64,000 nt of DNA from Phycisphaerae bacterium (GCA_963666835.2 CAXXGO010000005.1:64001-128000); one strand, 5' to 3'. Positions 50,147 to 61,148 are shown, counted from the first letter of the stretch. Notes: a model not told the origin generated them from the sequence alone. Numbers and translations: made by a program.

Positions 50147-51442
50147 CTACAATCGTCGCCGTTTTCTTGCCGGCCTGAACCGGCTACCCAGGGTCTTCTC
50201 CGGTAGTTGCCGGGGTGGCTGGCCGGCGGTGCTTTGAACCGGTGCCTGAAACCGCGATACCGGCGCCGGTGTGGCGGGTTCTGTGGCAACTTCCTCCGGA
50301 GGGCTGGGAGTGAATCCCGCAAGCTCACGTTTAGATACCTGACGGTTAATCAGCATCTCTACGCCGGTAAGCTGCTTGCCCTCCTCCCGGGTGACCAGGG
50401 TTATAGCCACTCCTCGGTGGCCCATGCGCGCCGTGCGCCCGATGCGATGGACGTATACTTCCGGATCATCGGGGATGTCGTAGTTGATAATGTGCGAGAT
50501 CTCGCTCACGTCGATGCCGCGGGCGGCAAGATCCGTGGCAATAAGCAACTGGATCTTGTGCTTCCTGAAGGCGTCCATCACCCGATCGCGTTGGCGCTGC
50601 ATGAGATCGCCGTGAATTTCCTTGGCGTTGTGCCCGGCTTCATGCAGTTTCTTGGCGAGCTTACGGGCGCACGCTTTGGTGTTGCAGAAGATAATGGCGA
50701 ACGGAGGCTGCTCTTCCTTGAGGATAATCCGCAGAGCGCGAAACTTGTCCCGCCGCTCCGCGGTGACGAAGGTCTGGTCGACCTCGTCCACGGTAAGCTG
50801 ATCGCGCGATACGTCCAACTCCACTGGGTCGGCCATATATTTGCGGGTGAGCCGCCGGATCTCGTCGTCGATCGTAGCGGACACGAAGATGGTCTGGTGC
50901 TTCGCCGTGATCTTGCCCAGGATCATCTTGATGTCGTCCCGGAAGCCGATATCCAGCATCCGGTCCACCTCATCCAGGATGGCAAACCGCACATTCGTGA
51001 TGTTCAACGCTCCGCGCCGGATGAAGTCCATCACCCGGCCGGGGGTGCCGACCACGAAGTGCGGCTTACGCCCGAGCTGATGAAGCTGAGTGGCAATCCT
51101 CTGCCCGCCGTAGACCGCGACCACGTGTAGCGAGGCGAATTCCGCCATACGCTTCAGTTCCGAAGTCACCTGGACCGCTAATTCGCGAGTGGGGGCGAGG
51201 CAGATGGCCTGGAGCCGACCGGACGGGTCCATCTGCTGAAAGACCGGTAATCCGAAGGCCGCGGTTTTTCCCGTTCCCGTGCGAGCTTGTCCAAGCACGT
51301 CTCGTCCTGCGAGCGCGGGGGGGATCATGGCCCTCTGAATCTCGGAGGGCTCCGTGAACTTCATCTTGTGAATAGCTTTGAGGAACCGGACCTCGACGCC
51401 CAGCTCCGCGAACTTCTGAGGTAACTCTGAGTGTTTTTGCAT
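50147..51442 (-). CDS. DEAD/DEAH-box RNA helicase
   Basis: ARTGTGKT, PTRELA, TPGR, DEVD, SAT, HRIGRTAR. Confidence 0.95.
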   Translation of the reverse strand: MQKHSELPQKFAELGVEVRFLKAIHKMKFTEPSEIQRAMIPPALAGRDVLGQARTGTGKTAAFGLPVFQQMDPSGRLQAICLAPTRELAVQVTSELKRMAEFASLHVVAVYGGQRIATQLHQLGRKPHFVVGTPGRVMDFIRRGALNITNVRFAILDEVDRMLDIGFRDDIKMILGKITAKHQTIFVSATIDDEIRRLTRKYMADPVELDVSRDQLTVDEVDQTFVTAERRDKFRALRIILKEEQPPFAIIFCNTKACARKLAKKLHEAGHNAKEIHGDLMQRQRDRVMDAFRKHKIQLLIATDLAARGIDVSEISHIINYDIPDDPEVYVHRIGRTARMGHRGVAITLVTREEGKQLTGVEMLINRQVSKRELAGFTPSPPEEVATEPATPAPVSRFQAPVQSTAGQPPRQLPEKTLGSRFRPARKRRRL

Positions 51443-51572
51443 TAGCTCGCCAGAAAAATGTCCTTGTCCCGACCCGACACTATAACGAGCGGTTCACTTG
51501 CTGTAAACGGGTGCTTTTTCCAGCTTACCCTGCGAGTATCGTGTTATAGGGCGAGCAAGCGTGGTAGCGCCG

Positions 51573-52028
51573 CTACGCGTCGGGGTGAGTCAGCTTGCGG
51601 TAGTACTTGACGGGGACGTCGGCGCGGTATCCGAGCTTCTCGAGCAACTTGGCTGATGCGATGTTGCCCTCTTCCACCAAAGCCGCCACTATCTCTATCC
51701 CCTCGGCGCGGATTGCCTCGTCGCACGCTTTGACCAAAGCGGAAGCCAGCCCGGACCGGCGGAACTCCGGCAGGACGGCGACGCGGTTGATCCAGCCCTT
51801 GCGATGATCGTGAGTCCCCAGCACTACGCCGACCAAGCGGTCTTCAGAAACGGCCACGAGATAGAGGTCGCCAAGGCGTTCAAGTTGATGCAGGAAGGCA
51901 GCTTTGCTCTCGCGACCGTGAGGACGAACGCTCAGGCCGCTTCGGAACCACACGTCTACGATTGCGTCGTAGTCGTCGGCCACGGCGTTTCGTATGGTCC
52001 AGTTATCGGTGTTAGGAGAAAAGGTCAT
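51573..52028 (-). CDS. GNAT acetyltransferase
   Basis: KGWINRVAVLPEFRRSGLA...NIAS..LLEKLGY. Confidence 0.88.
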   Translation of the reverse strand: MTFSPNTDNWTIRNAVADDYDAIVDVWFRSGLSVRPHGRESKAAFLHQLERLGDLYLVAVSEDRLVGVVLGTHDHRKGWINRVAVLPEFRRSGLASALVKACDEAIRAEGIEIVAALVEEGNIASAKLLEKLGYRADVPVKYYRKLTHPDA

Positions 52029-52888
52029 TGCCACGAGTCACCGGCGAGAAAGTACATCGCCAGGAACTGAAACAGATTGAACAGCCAATGACCGACGATT
52101 GCCGGGATCAGCGACTTCCGCCAGACGGTCACTATGCTGAACACCAGCGAGAGGATGGTCACGAGAACAAGAGCCGCGGGCACTTGGTCGGCCAAGTGAG
52201 GCACAACGAACACTACCGTACTCACAACGACCGCGGCCGTCCAACTACCGGTGACCCGCCTGAGACGGGTCATCAGGAAACCGCGGAAGAACACCTCTTC
52301 GTAGACTCCGACAAGTAGTGTCATGAACAAGAGCCAGCGGGGGTCTACTCTGGGGAAGATTCCCGTGATCCTGCTCGCGTTCTCTCTGAGTTGCTCGATG
52401 AAGCCAGGCCAGGCGAGAAAGGCGATTCCGATGACTGCGAAGTAAAACGCATAAGCAGCGGTCATCGCCGCAACGCCAAGCAGCAGATTGAGGGCCAACC
52501 CGTCCCGGTGTATGCCGATCGACCGGGTCGGTTGTCGGCGCATGAAGAGAACAAACGCGATGATCGCGAAGATCCCGCCCGTACGAATCGGCAGGAAAGG
52601 GAGGATCATAACTCGTTTGATATCGGATTTGGTGGCGTCGTCAGGAACCGCGAGGTAGGCGTCAAGGGCACTTACCGCGATGGTCTCGACGATGATCAGG
52701 AGCGCAAGCACCAGTCCAACGTCCGCCAGGGCGGCTAAGCGGCTGCTTCTGGGGAGTAGGATCTCGTCAAGCGGTCGGATGAGCCCAAGGGCCTCTGCCG
52801 ACAGGGGGCGAGCCAGAGGGATGCCGTCGGGGACGGGCGCCTCCGCGAAACGGTCATCGGCGGACGCGGATTCGTATTGATCACCCAT
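52025..52888 (-). CDS. CPBP (Abi/CAAX) intramembrane metalloprotease
   Basis: EEVFFRG, FVVPH, IVGHWLFN. Confidence 0.88.
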   Translation of the reverse strand: MGDQYESASADDRFAEAPVPDGIPLARPLSAEALGLIRPLDEILLPRSSRLAALADVGLVLALLIIVETIAVSALDAYLAVPDDATKSDIKRVMILPFLPIRTGGIFAIIAFVLFMRRQPTRSIGIHRDGLALNLLLGVAAMTAAYAFYFAVIGIAFLAWPGFIEQLRENASRITGIFPRVDPRWLLFMTLLVGVYEEVFFRGFLMTRLRRVTGSWTAAVVVSTVVFVVPHLADQVPAALVLVTILSLVFSIVTVWRKSLIPAIVGHWLFNLFQFLAMYFLAGDSWQ

Positions 52889-52922
52889 CTTGAGTGTTCT
52901 CGCCCGCCCCTCGGCGATTGCG

Positions 52923-53807
52923 TCAGAGCAGTTCCGCGAGCGTGTCGCCGATGGTCGCTGGGGATTCGGATACTGCCACTCCGGCGTCTCTCAGTGCTGC
53001 GACTTTGGACTGTGCGGTTCCTTCGCCGCCGCTGATAATGGCCCCGGCATGCCCCATTCGCTTACCCGGCGGAGCGGTTTGCCCGGCGATAAACGCTACG
53101 ACCGGTTTGGTCACGTGATGCTCAATGAACTTCGCGGCTTCCTCCTCGTCCGTCCCGCCGATTTCCCCGATCATGACAATCGAGTCGGTCTTGCTGTCAT
53201 CCTCGAACATCCGCAGCAGCTCGATGAAGTTCAGACCCTTGACCGGGTCGCCTCCGATGCCGATGCACGTGGACTGGGCAATGTTGCGGGTGGTGCATTG
53301 CCACACGGCCTCGTAAGTCAACGTGCCGCTGCGCGAGATGATTCCCACGCTTTTGCAGCCGTTCTCGCAGGGCTTGTGGATGTAGCCGGGCATAATCCCG
53401 ATCTTGCACTCCCCAGGCGTGATGATGCCGGGGCAGTTAGGGCCGATCAACAGCGTTCCCCGCTCGTCGACATACTGCCGGGCCTTGACCATATCCAGTG
53501 TGGGGACGCCTTCGGTGATAAGAACCACGAGTGAACAGCCGGCATCGGCCGCTTCCATGATCGCGTCAGCCGCGAACGGAGCGGGTACGAACACCATCGA
53601 CACATCCGCGCCGGTCGCGGCGATGGCGTCGTGACAGGTATTGAAGATCGGCAGGTCGTGTTCGGAGTGGGTTCCCCCTTTTCCCGGAGACACGCCGCCG
53701 ACGATCTTGGTTCCGTATTCCAGGCACTTGGCCGTGTGAAATGCGCCGGCCTTTCCAGTGATCCCCTGGCACACCACCAGAGTATCACGGTTAACAAGGA
53801 TACTCAT
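52923..53807 (-). CDS. sucD: Succinyl-CoA synthetase alpha subunit
   Basis: [32 protein letters not shown]. Confidence 0.96.
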   Translation of the reverse strand: MSILVNRDTLVVCQGITGKAGAFHTAKCLEYGTKIVGGVSPGKGGTHSEHDLPIFNTCHDAIAATGADVSMVFVPAPFAADAIMEAADAGCSLVVLITEGVPTLDMVKARQYVDERGTLLIGPNCPGIITPGECKIGIMPGYIHKPCENGCKSVGIISRSGTLTYEAVWQCTTRNIAQSTCIGIGGDPVKGLNFIELLRMFEDDSKTDSIVMIGEIGGTDEEEAAKFIEHHVTKPVVAFIAGQTAPPGKRMGHAGAIISGGEGTAQSKVAALRDAGVAVSESPATIGDTLAELL

Positions 53808-54085
53808 CGTTATTGCTGTCCTTCCTTCAGACGTTAAGACCTGCCGCCCATGGCGGTGGCGGGAATAGCCAATCCAACCGGCGGCGGTCGTTCTTCGCCA
53901 AGCGAGTATGCCACGGGGGAATCGGGTTGTCCAATGGGCGGCGGCGGGAAACGGCGGACCGTTTTTCGGCATCCACGGCAACAACCGGCGCGATCGGAAT
54001 CACGTTCTGTGGTCAGAGCCTGAATGTGGGGGGTGACCGGTGCTCAGCGTTCGGTCAGCCCCCACGACGGCCTTGCCTGGTTGCG

Positions 54086-55924
54086 TCAGACGCCGGTGGC
54101 GGTTCGGGCTTGTTCGGCCTCCAGGCCGGCCTGGTTTGCAGAAGCTTCGGCGGCGTCGGCGCTGGCGTCGGCCCGTTCCTTGGCACGCTTGGCGTCCTCA
54201 CGGAACATGCGGGCCTCCCGCCGGGCAATGTCGGCTTCAGCGCGGGCGATGGCCGTCTCGTCCCGGATACGTTCAATCTCCGCCAGGACGTCCTGGGCGC
54301 TCCGGCGAGCTTCGTCGACTTCCGCCCAGGCTCGTCGGATGTTCTCCAGCGTCGAATCGACCTGAGTCCATTGTCCGCTGATCTCAGAGCTCAAAACCGA
54401 GGCGATCCGGCGGATGCCGTTTTCGATTTCCGTGACCGCGTGTACGGCGGCGTCCGCTGTCGGCTCGGACGCCGGCGGTTCCGAAACTGCCGCAGGTTCT
54501 ACCTCGCCGGTGTTGGAGGCTTCCTCGACAGGTTCGGCCATTTCGGCTGCCGACGGCTCAATCTCGGGCTCAGGCTCAACATTGACAGCCTCGGGCTCTG
54601 GGATCGGTGAAGCGGGGGTTTCCGCCTGGGTGACCACGGCTTCAGCGGTCAGCCCTTCCGGGGCAGGTTCCGCCGCTTCCGCTTCGGCTTCGGGTTCCGC
54701 AGTTTGGGGCTCTTCGAGAGCGGCGGCATCATCAGCATGCCCGGCGAGGTCAGTTTCCGGGGCTGATGCGTCTGGTGACTCCGGACCTGCGTCCGCGGTC
54801 CCCGCGTCAGCGTTGCCGGACGCGGGCGAGGGTTGCGGTGTCTCGAGGGTTGGCTCAGGAGCGTTGGCGGCTTCCGTTGCCGGTTCGATATCCGTAGTCC
54901 GCGGTTCGTCGTCAGTTTGCGGGATCGAGTCCTCAGTAGGGACATCGACTGCCGCTTCCGCGATGTCGCCCGGAACCTGTTCGGTGAGCGTTCCGGCGTC
55001 CGCCGCCGCCGAAACGGACAGTTCCGATGGCTCGTCAATCTCGTCCTTCGGGGAGCTGTCCACTAGTTCATCACTTGTTGGCGCCGGGTTGTCGTCGAGG
55101 ACAGTTGCCGATGTCGTTGGATCCGGCGTCGAATCCTCGGCGGTTTCGGAGTCCGCCGGTGGCATCGCGGGCTCGGCGGCGGGGGCGATTGGCTCCGGTT
55201 CAGAGGGCTCCGGACCGCCCGAAGCCGTTGCGTTTGCTTCGATCGGGCTTTCTGTCGCGGCCTCAACCGATGTGGTTCCCGGAGCCGTTTCAGGTGTTTC
55301 TGATGAAGCGGTAGGTTCAGCCGGTGGGGGGGCTTCGTCGGTCTGTTGCTCCGTTTCAGCCTGGATGGATGATGTTTCCGCTTCTGCAGCGGGTGGCGAC
55401 TCGTCAACGACCTGGGAGACGAGGCCGGCGACCGCCGCCAGCTCGGCCTCGGCTGACGCAAGAGCCTCTTCGGCCGCGGTCGGAATGGATTCGGTCAGGG
55501 CCTCGGCCGCGGCGGATTCGGTCTCGCCGGATGGTGCGGTCGCTCCGGACTCCATCGCTTCCTGAACGATGTTCTCCGCCTCTTCGTTGACAATCGCCAT
55601 CATGATTTCCTCTCGTAGGTCGCGAAACTGCCGGTCTATCAACGCGATGGTCTCGGCGACAACCGGTCGACCAGCGTCGCTGAGGATCTGCCGAAGCTCA
55701 CAGACGTCCTCTGCTCGGTACTTACCCGCAGGGGCGCGAATGACCGAGTCTGGCGGCGATTCCAGACGCCGTTGGATCCGGCGGAGGAGTTCCAGTTCCT
55801 CGCGTAACCGGCGGACGTCATCTCGGTTAAGCACATTAACGGGGACGATGCTGCCGCCGCGGGGGACGGCGTACTGCCGGGGGAAGACCATCCCCTTCGG
55901 AGTTCGTCTCTTGAACAGTGACAC
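54086..55924 (-). CDS. Acidic low-complexity protein with predicted terminal coiled coils
   Basis: Central A/E/P/T-rich disordered region; heptad-like C-terminus. Confidence 0.65.
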   Translation of the reverse strand: MSLFKRRTPKGMVFPRQYAVPRGGSIVPVNVLNRDDVRRLREELELLRRIQRRLESPPDSVIRAPAGKYRAEDVCELRQILSDAGRPVVAETIALIDRQFRDLREEIMMAIVNEEAENIVQEAMESGATAPSGETESAAAEALTESIPTAAEEALASAEAELAAVAGLVSQVVDESPPAAEAETSSIQAETEQQTDEAPPPAEPTASSETPETAPGTTSVEAATESPIEANATASGGPEPSEPEPIAPAAEPAMPPADSETAEDSTPDPTTSATVLDDNPAPTSDELVDSSPKDEIDEPSELSVSAAADAGTLTEQVPGDIAEAAVDVPTEDSIPQTDDEPRTTDIEPATEAANAPEPTLETPQPSPASGNADAGTADAGPESPDASAPETDLAGHADDAAALEEPQTAEPEAEAEAAEPAPEGLTAEAVVTQAETPASPIPEPEAVNVEPEPEIEPSAAEMAEPVEEASNTGEVEPAAVSEPPASEPTADAAVHAVTEIENGIRRIASVLSSEISGQWTQVDSTLENIRRAWAEVDEARRSAQDVLAEIERIRDETAIARAEADIARREARMFREDAKRAKERADASADAAEASANQAGLEAEQARTATGV

Positions 55925-56333
55925 CGCGCCGTCCCGTTATGCCAGCGCAGCCGTATTCTCCACGGCGGATGCCGCTACGGTTGCTTCGGTCCATGGGTAG
56001 TTCGGCGAACCGCGGGGGCCGCTCCACCATTGAACGTTGGCAGGGCTTCGCACCGACGAGGAAGCGATAGGGTTCGACCTTATCGGAGTCGCCGGAAGCG
56101 AAGAGGAGCTTCGCGGTCAGTTCTATGGCATGCTGCCGGCGTACCGTGCCGTCCGATAGGCGGCGGCCTATTCCCCCAGCCTGAAGGGCTGGAAGACAGT
56201 AGACGGGGGCAAGGCCGCGGAGCGGCCGCCGCCCCCGGGGTGGGGTTCTGATAATCCCAATCACCCTGACAGGGTGAAAGAGACGGCCAACCAGTGCTTA
56301 CAGGCAGCAATTGCGTGTCATAAGGCTGGCACA

Positions 56334-57899
56334 CTAAGCAAGATTGATCGGAGGTTGCGGGACGGGGGCGTCGAGCTTCAGAGGCAAATCAACGATGAAC
56401 GTGGCACCCTGCCCGACCTCGCTTTCCAAACTGATCGTACCGCCGAGGATGCGTACCAGTTCTTTGGTGATGGCCAAGCCCAATCCGGTACCCTCGTACT
56501 CGCGGGTCTTCGACGAGTCCAATTGCCGGAAGGACTCGAAAATCTCCTCGCGCAGCTCCGGAGCGATTCCCGGGCCGGTATCGCCAACGATCAGGCGTAC
56601 GGAATCACGTTTATTGTGCTCCACGGTCAACGAGACCGTTCCGCCGGTGGGCGTGAACTTGATCGCATTGCTCAGCAGGTTGTACAGGATCTGTCGGATC
56701 TTTCCTGAGTCGCTGTGGAAGCGCGGGCAGTTTCTGGCAAGGTGCAAGTCGAGCTGCTGGTTCCTCTTATCAGCGAGCGGCTGGAGGAAATCGATCAGGT
56801 CGCGGCAGAGTTGAACCACCGAGAACTCGGACATGTGGATTTCCACCTTGCCGGCCTCGATCTTGGCCAGGTCCAGCAGGTCGTTGATGATCTCGAGCAG
56901 ATTGCGGCCGCTGATCAGGATGTTCTCCGAATAACGGCCCAGGCGCTGCCGGTCTATGTCCGGATTCTCCGAAGCGTCGCGCAGCAGTTCGGCGAACCCA
57001 ATGATCGACACCAACGGGGTGCGAAGTTCGTGGGTGACGTTGGCAAGGAACCGGCTCTTGAGCTGGTTGGACTCATAGAGCGTAACATTGGTCTCGGCCA
57101 GCTCGCCCAATCGAATGTCCAATGACCGGTTGGTCTTCAGTAGCTCCTCCTGAGCGGCTTTGAGGTGCGCCAGCATGTCGTTGAATGCCACCGAGAGATC
57201 CTGAAACTCGTCCCCGCTGGCGATTGACGATCTCACGTCGATGTCACCGGTGGTCACTTGCTCCGCCACCCGCCGCAGCAGGGTAACGGGCGAGAGCACC
57301 AACCGCTGGGTGACGAGATAGAACACGATGATGGCCAGCACCGCTCCGCTGGCCCCGGCCAGCACCGTTACTACGGAGTTCCACGTGCCCTCCGTACTAG
57401 TGATCGGCAGATGCACATCGGCTATTCCCCGGAGCACGTGAGGGTGGGCGTCAGACTCCGTTCCGCGAACGGCCATCGCCAGGCGGAACGTCCGCCCGTC
57501 ATCCTGGATCCGCCAGAAGTAAGACTGTTCGGGATCTTCGCGGAACCGCTCCACGGCATCGGCATGGAACCCGCCGCCGCCCCGATCGGCCGGGACGAGT
57601 CTCGGGGGTTCGGCGGGCGCCCCGTAGTTCTGCACGAGCAGGGGCCATTTCCGGTCGAGTTCCGCTTGCAGTTTGCCCCAATCGGGCTCCTGGAGGTCGA
57701 CCGCCTGTGCCGCAATAGACGCGGACCATCGGGCTTGGGTCAGCAGGGCCTCCTGGTTGAGGTTGGTCATGTGCAGCCACGGGAAGGCGAGCGTTACGCT
57801 GATGGTCAGCAATACCGCCGTGCCGAACAGTACGCTGACCTTCCGAGCCAGCGAGGTTTTCATCCACCGTCGTTGCCGCATGGCGACAGTGTACCGCAA
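56334..57899 (-). CDS. Membrane sensor histidine kinase (HAMP-HisKA-HATPase)
   Basis: FLANVTHELRTPL, NLLSNAIKFT, DTGPGI, GTGLGL. Confidence 0.95.
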   Translation of the reverse strand: MRYTVAMRQRRWMKTSLARKVSVLFGTAVLLTISVTLAFPWLHMTNLNQEALLTQARWSASIAAQAVDLQEPDWGKLQAELDRKWPLLVQNYGAPAEPPRLVPADRGGGGFHADAVERFREDPEQSYFWRIQDDGRTFRLAMAVRGTESDAHPHVLRGIADVHLPITSTEGTWNSVVTVLAGASGAVLAIIVFYLVTQRLVLSPVTLLRRVAEQVTTGDIDVRSSIASGDEFQDLSVAFNDMLAHLKAAQEELLKTNRSLDIRLGELAETNVTLYESNQLKSRFLANVTHELRTPLVSIIGFAELLRDASENPDIDRQRLGRYSENILISGRNLLEIINDLLDLAKIEAGKVEIHMSEFSVVQLCRDLIDFLQPLADKRNQQLDLHLARNCPRFHSDSGKIRQILYNLLSNAIKFTPTGGTVSLTVEHNKRDSVRLIVGDTGPGIAPELREEIFESFRQLDSSKTREYEGTGLGLAITKELVRILGGTISLESEVGQGATFIVDLPLKLDAPVPQPPINLA

Positions 57900-57973
57900 T
57901 CGTGGCTAGTTGTTGAACGGGTGGGAACCGGGCTGGCGGAGCGACGGTTCGCTGTCGTGTTGCGGGCACTCGC

Positions 57974-57995
57974 GTAGCGCAGGTATCCTGCCTGC
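57974..57995 (+). repeat. Single GTAG-type REP-like sequence
   Basis: GTAGC-GCAGG-TATCCTG-CCTGC. Confidence 0.4.
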
Positions 57996-58177
57996 TTCCC
58001 CGTTTCCAGACGCGCCGGGCTCCTCGACCTTCGCAAGGACGGGAGGGGGGGAACGCGACGGCGTTCCTCGAAGCAGCGTTATGTTCGTTTTCGCCGGGGA
58101 CGGGCGTGCGACGCCGTTTGAGCGCTCGTCGCGCGGTTGACAGGAATGTGGAACGGAATACACTCCGATCGGATTGA

Positions 58178-58251
58178 GTCCCCGTGGCACAATTGGATAG
58201 CGCGTCGGCCTCCGAAGCCGAAGGTTTCAGGTTCGAACCCTGACGGGGACG
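58178..58251 (+). tRNA. tRNA-Arg(CCG), no encoded CCA
   Basis: GTCCCCG...TCGGC CT CCG AA GCCGA...TCAGG TTCGAAC CCTGA CGGGGAC G. Confidence 0.93.
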
Positions 58252-58527
58252 TTTTCAAGAGCCGCACACCAGCCCCCCAGAGCGGGGGACACCGGTTTCC
58301 ACAAACTCATCCTGAGTTTGCGAGAGTACCTCGACCATCCCGCATCGACCAGTGTGTTGCAGTAGTACTGGATTCAGGTTGCAGGGGTGAGCCGCGCCCG
58401 GTAGGCTGACAGCTTGTCTTCTGCGCGGGGCCACTGCGCTTCGGGATGCCTGACGGTTCCTTGGGGCATCTTGCCGGGGCGAGCTGCGGCGGGCACGTCG
58501 GTGTTCGTTGATGTGCGTGGAGTTTCA

Positions 58528-59775
58528 ATGGGCACGGAGTCGGGCCGAGGTGGGATGATGCGACATCGGTTTCAGGTGCGTCGGTACCTTGCCCGGATAG
58601 TGTGGACGGCGTGCGGGCTGATCCTCCTGATGTCGGCCGTCGGCATTTGTACCAACTTCGCCTATGTCAATTGGGATGGGACTCACGGTGCGGGTCTCTC
58701 GGGTGGCGCGTGCTGGGCAGCGTGGAGGCACCCGACAATCGGCAGTAGCGGCTTGCGATGCTTGGGATCCTCGCTCTGGTACATTATTGAAAACGACGAG
58801 GTTCTTCGTTTGGGTTTCCCGGCATCAGAGTGGTATTCGCCGCCCGCCTGCCGAAAGTCCCGGGTTGACTGCCCGGGGTATGCGATTCTGCCGTTATCGC
58901 TGCCGCTCTTCATTCTTCTATGTCCGCTGGTATTCGTACATTGGCGCGGGTGGCGCAAGCGACATCATCCGTGCGAACTGAAGCAGTCGTTTGGCCGTTG
59001 CGTCGGACGTGTCGTCGGTCCGATCGATCGCCTTTACCGCGAATCATCGCGCCCTCGGGTCGTGCTGACGACTCGAATGCTGTCCTTTGTTTTCGCTCTG
59101 GCTCTTGTAGGATTGTGGCTGCAGAGCTACCGCGGCTTCGGAACGAAGAACGGTATTGTCATCTGCGGTATGGATTTCGTTTGCGACGTCCACCGAGGCT
59201 GGTTGCAGTTCAGTTACCAACAGACGGGCTGGACACCGTTCTGCCAAAGAAGCTCTATTTTCCTCGCAGATGTCGGCTACTCGTGGCGTTTCTACGCACG
59301 GGATTGCCTCTCCGTACGGTTTCCCCTTGGCATACTAATACTGCTTTCGCTGGCCGTCGCTGCTTATCCGCTGATTCCTCCGTTCCGCATGTTGTCCAGG
59401 AAACGCCGTGGATTGTGCGTTGGGTGCGGGTACAACCTCATGGGAAACACGAGCGGGCGGTGTTCTGAATGTGGCCGGCGCATACCGGCAGCGCTTGACG
59501 ATGCCAAAATGGTCCGGTGCGAGACCCCAAAGTGGATTCGCATCGGAGTCACGGTGCTCGTCTTCCCATGTGCGTTCGCGGTTGGAGTGTGGCTGGTGAG
59601 TCTGGCTGGTGCATTGCTGGAGGCGCTGGGGCTCCTTCGTGCAATCCCGGAAGAACCGCGAATCGCGATAGTCATGCTCTTTCTGTTGTTATTCGCTTAC
59701 GTACTGTCTCGATTCGTCTATTCCGTGCTTCGGTGGACGCTTGTCGAGGACTTCGAGGCCGTAGGTGAGCGCTGA
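58528..59775 (+). CDS. Multi-pass membrane protein with CxxCGYNLxGNxSGxCxECG zinc-finger motif
   Basis: RRGLCVGCGYNLMGNTSGRCSECG; several hydrophobic segments; GGAG RBS. Confidence 0.65.
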   Translation: MGTESGRGGMMRHRFQVRRYLARIVWTACGLILLMSAVGICTNFAYVNWDGTHGAGLSGGACWAAWRHPTIGSSGLRCLGSSLWYIIENDEVLRLGFPASEWYSPPACRKSRVDCPGYAILPLSLPLFILLCPLVFVHWRGWRKRHHPCELKQSFGRCVGRVVGPIDRLYRESSRPRVVLTTRMLSFVFALALVGLWLQSYRGFGTKNGIVICGMDFVCDVHRGWLQFSYQQTGWTPFCQRSSIFLADVGYSWRFYARDCLSVRFPLGILILLSLAVAAYPLIPPFRMLSRKRRGLCVGCGYNLMGNTSGRCSECGRRIPAALDDAKMVRCETPKWIRIGVTVLVFPCAFAVGVWLVSLAGALLEALGLLRAIPEEPRIAIVMLFLLLFAYVLSRFVYSVLRWTLVEDFEAVGER

Positions 59776-59981
59776 TGGGTGGCGCTGAGCTGCTAACATG
59801 CTGTCGAGCCAGCCGTCCTACACTTGCGCTGGCGTCAATAGCGCAGGTCTGTGCTACGATGCCCACGGGTCTTGTTGCGATGCGTTGGTTGTCAGGTGCG
59901 ATCGACCGAGGCGGAGTATCACCAGCCACCCAAAGAGGTTCTGGGACAAGTTCTAGTGGATTGGTTGCGAGGTGAAGAGGA

Positions 59982-60356
59982 ATGTGCAGACGACCATGGT
60001 CCTGGGTTGCGGCCGCGCTTTGCGTGTGCGTGCAGGGCTGCCAGACCTCTCAGAACGAGGGCGAAGGGATTACGAAGGCAGAATTGCGGGAGTTCGAAAG
60101 CTATCTGCTCGACATTCGCAGGACGTCCCCGCCTGATTTCGCCCCCAAAGACTTCCGGGAGTTCATTGCTTATCTCGTTGGGTTCGGCACTGGTATTCCG
60201 GATGAGAAGGAGGAGTACGAGGATGCCTGGGGGCGCCGGTATCTTCTCTTCATCACCAGCGACTACCCGGAGAAGGGTTACCTCATCAACTCTGCCGGTG
60301 AAGACGGCGTGCATGGCACTTGCGATGATCTGAGCGTGCTTGTCGAGTTTCGCTGA
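59982..60356 (+). CDS. Lipoprotein with GspG-like C-terminal motif
   Basis: Lipobox-like VQGC; EDAWGRRY...YLINSAGEDGVHGTCDDL. Confidence 0.6.
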   Translation: MCRRPWSWVAAALCVCVQGCQTSQNEGEGITKAELREFESYLLDIRRTSPPDFAPKDFREFIAYLVGFGTGIPDEKEEYEDAWGRRYLLFITSDYPEKGYLINSAGEDGVHGTCDDLSVLVEFR

Positions 60357-60503
60357 GATTGGTCGGTCCGGTCATAACCCGAGGCTTGGGGTGTCTTGCT
60401 GTGGTATGTACGCGTCGACGGGAGCCGGCACTGTGCTTGATTCGCTGCGTGCGTACTTTGTGAAACGGCCAATACGCAATGACCCACGGAAGGAGGAATC
60501 CTC

Positions 60504-61148
60504 ATGGATGATCTTAGAAGGGGTAAGGCGGAGAGTCTGCTCTTGGCGTTTGTTTTGGTCGCTGCGTTTCACGCGGTGCCGGCGTGGGTGTTAGAGTTTC
60601 TGCCGGCTCGGCGGCTCTACGAGGACCTCGGGAGGAACGGATACGCGACGCTCTACGATGCTTTAACCTGTCCGTTGCCATTATTGCTATGCCTGGGGGC
60701 GGCGCATCGGTCCGGGTTGAGACTCGGCCGCTGGCGAGGGCACGCGTTGAAGGTCCTGAGTATATGCGTGCTGCCGGTCGTGCTGACGGCCATTGTCTAT
60801 CCGTTTACTTCCCGCCCGTTCAGCGGCGGCCGCATCGGTTCTTGGCTGATATCCCCGGCGGCGCAGGATCTACTCTTCGCGGGATACCTTTACGGACTAT
60901 TCGGCATCACATTCCCGGGGACAATCCACAAGCGTTTCCGTGTGGAATGGGCCGTGCTCGTGACGGCGGTTTTCTTTGCCCTGTGGCATGTTCCAAACTT
61001 CTGGGGGATGTCGGCATCCTACGTTTGCTTTCAGCTTGTCTATACGCTGGTGGGCGGAGCCTGGGTGATGCTGGCGAGGCAGTTGACGGGGAGCGTTATT
61101 CCGGGGCTTTTGGTCCACATGGCCTGCAACCTCATCTCGTGGCTGTGA
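60504..61148 (+). CDS. CPBP/Abi-like membrane protein (motif 1 variant QDLLFAG)
   Basis: AGGAGG RBS; FALWH, LVHMACN. Confidence 0.7.
   Translation: MDDLRRGKAESLLLAFVLVAAFHAVPAWVLEFLPARRLYEDLGRNGYATLYDALTCPLPLLLCLGAAHRSGLRLGRWRGHALKVLSICVLPVVLTAIVYPFTSRPFSGGRIGSWLISPAAQDLLFAGYLYGLFGITFPGTIHKRFRVEWAVLVTAVFFALWHVPNFWGMSASYVCFQLVYTLVGGAWVMLARQLTGSVIPGLLVHMACNLISWL

Noticed and set aside
40780..53807. Orphan groES, rnpA, clpX and sucD without their usual operon partners
   Set aside because: Scattered operons are common in Planctomycetota and are not evidence of a new system
54414..55565. 383-aa Ser/Gly/Ala-rich + strand ORF
   Set aside because: Antisense shadow of the acidic low-complexity gene
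59776..60503. Integron attC-like spacers (…TAAC soon after stop codons)
   Set aside because: No matching RYYYAAC/GTTRRRY pair with a complementary stem, and no IntI
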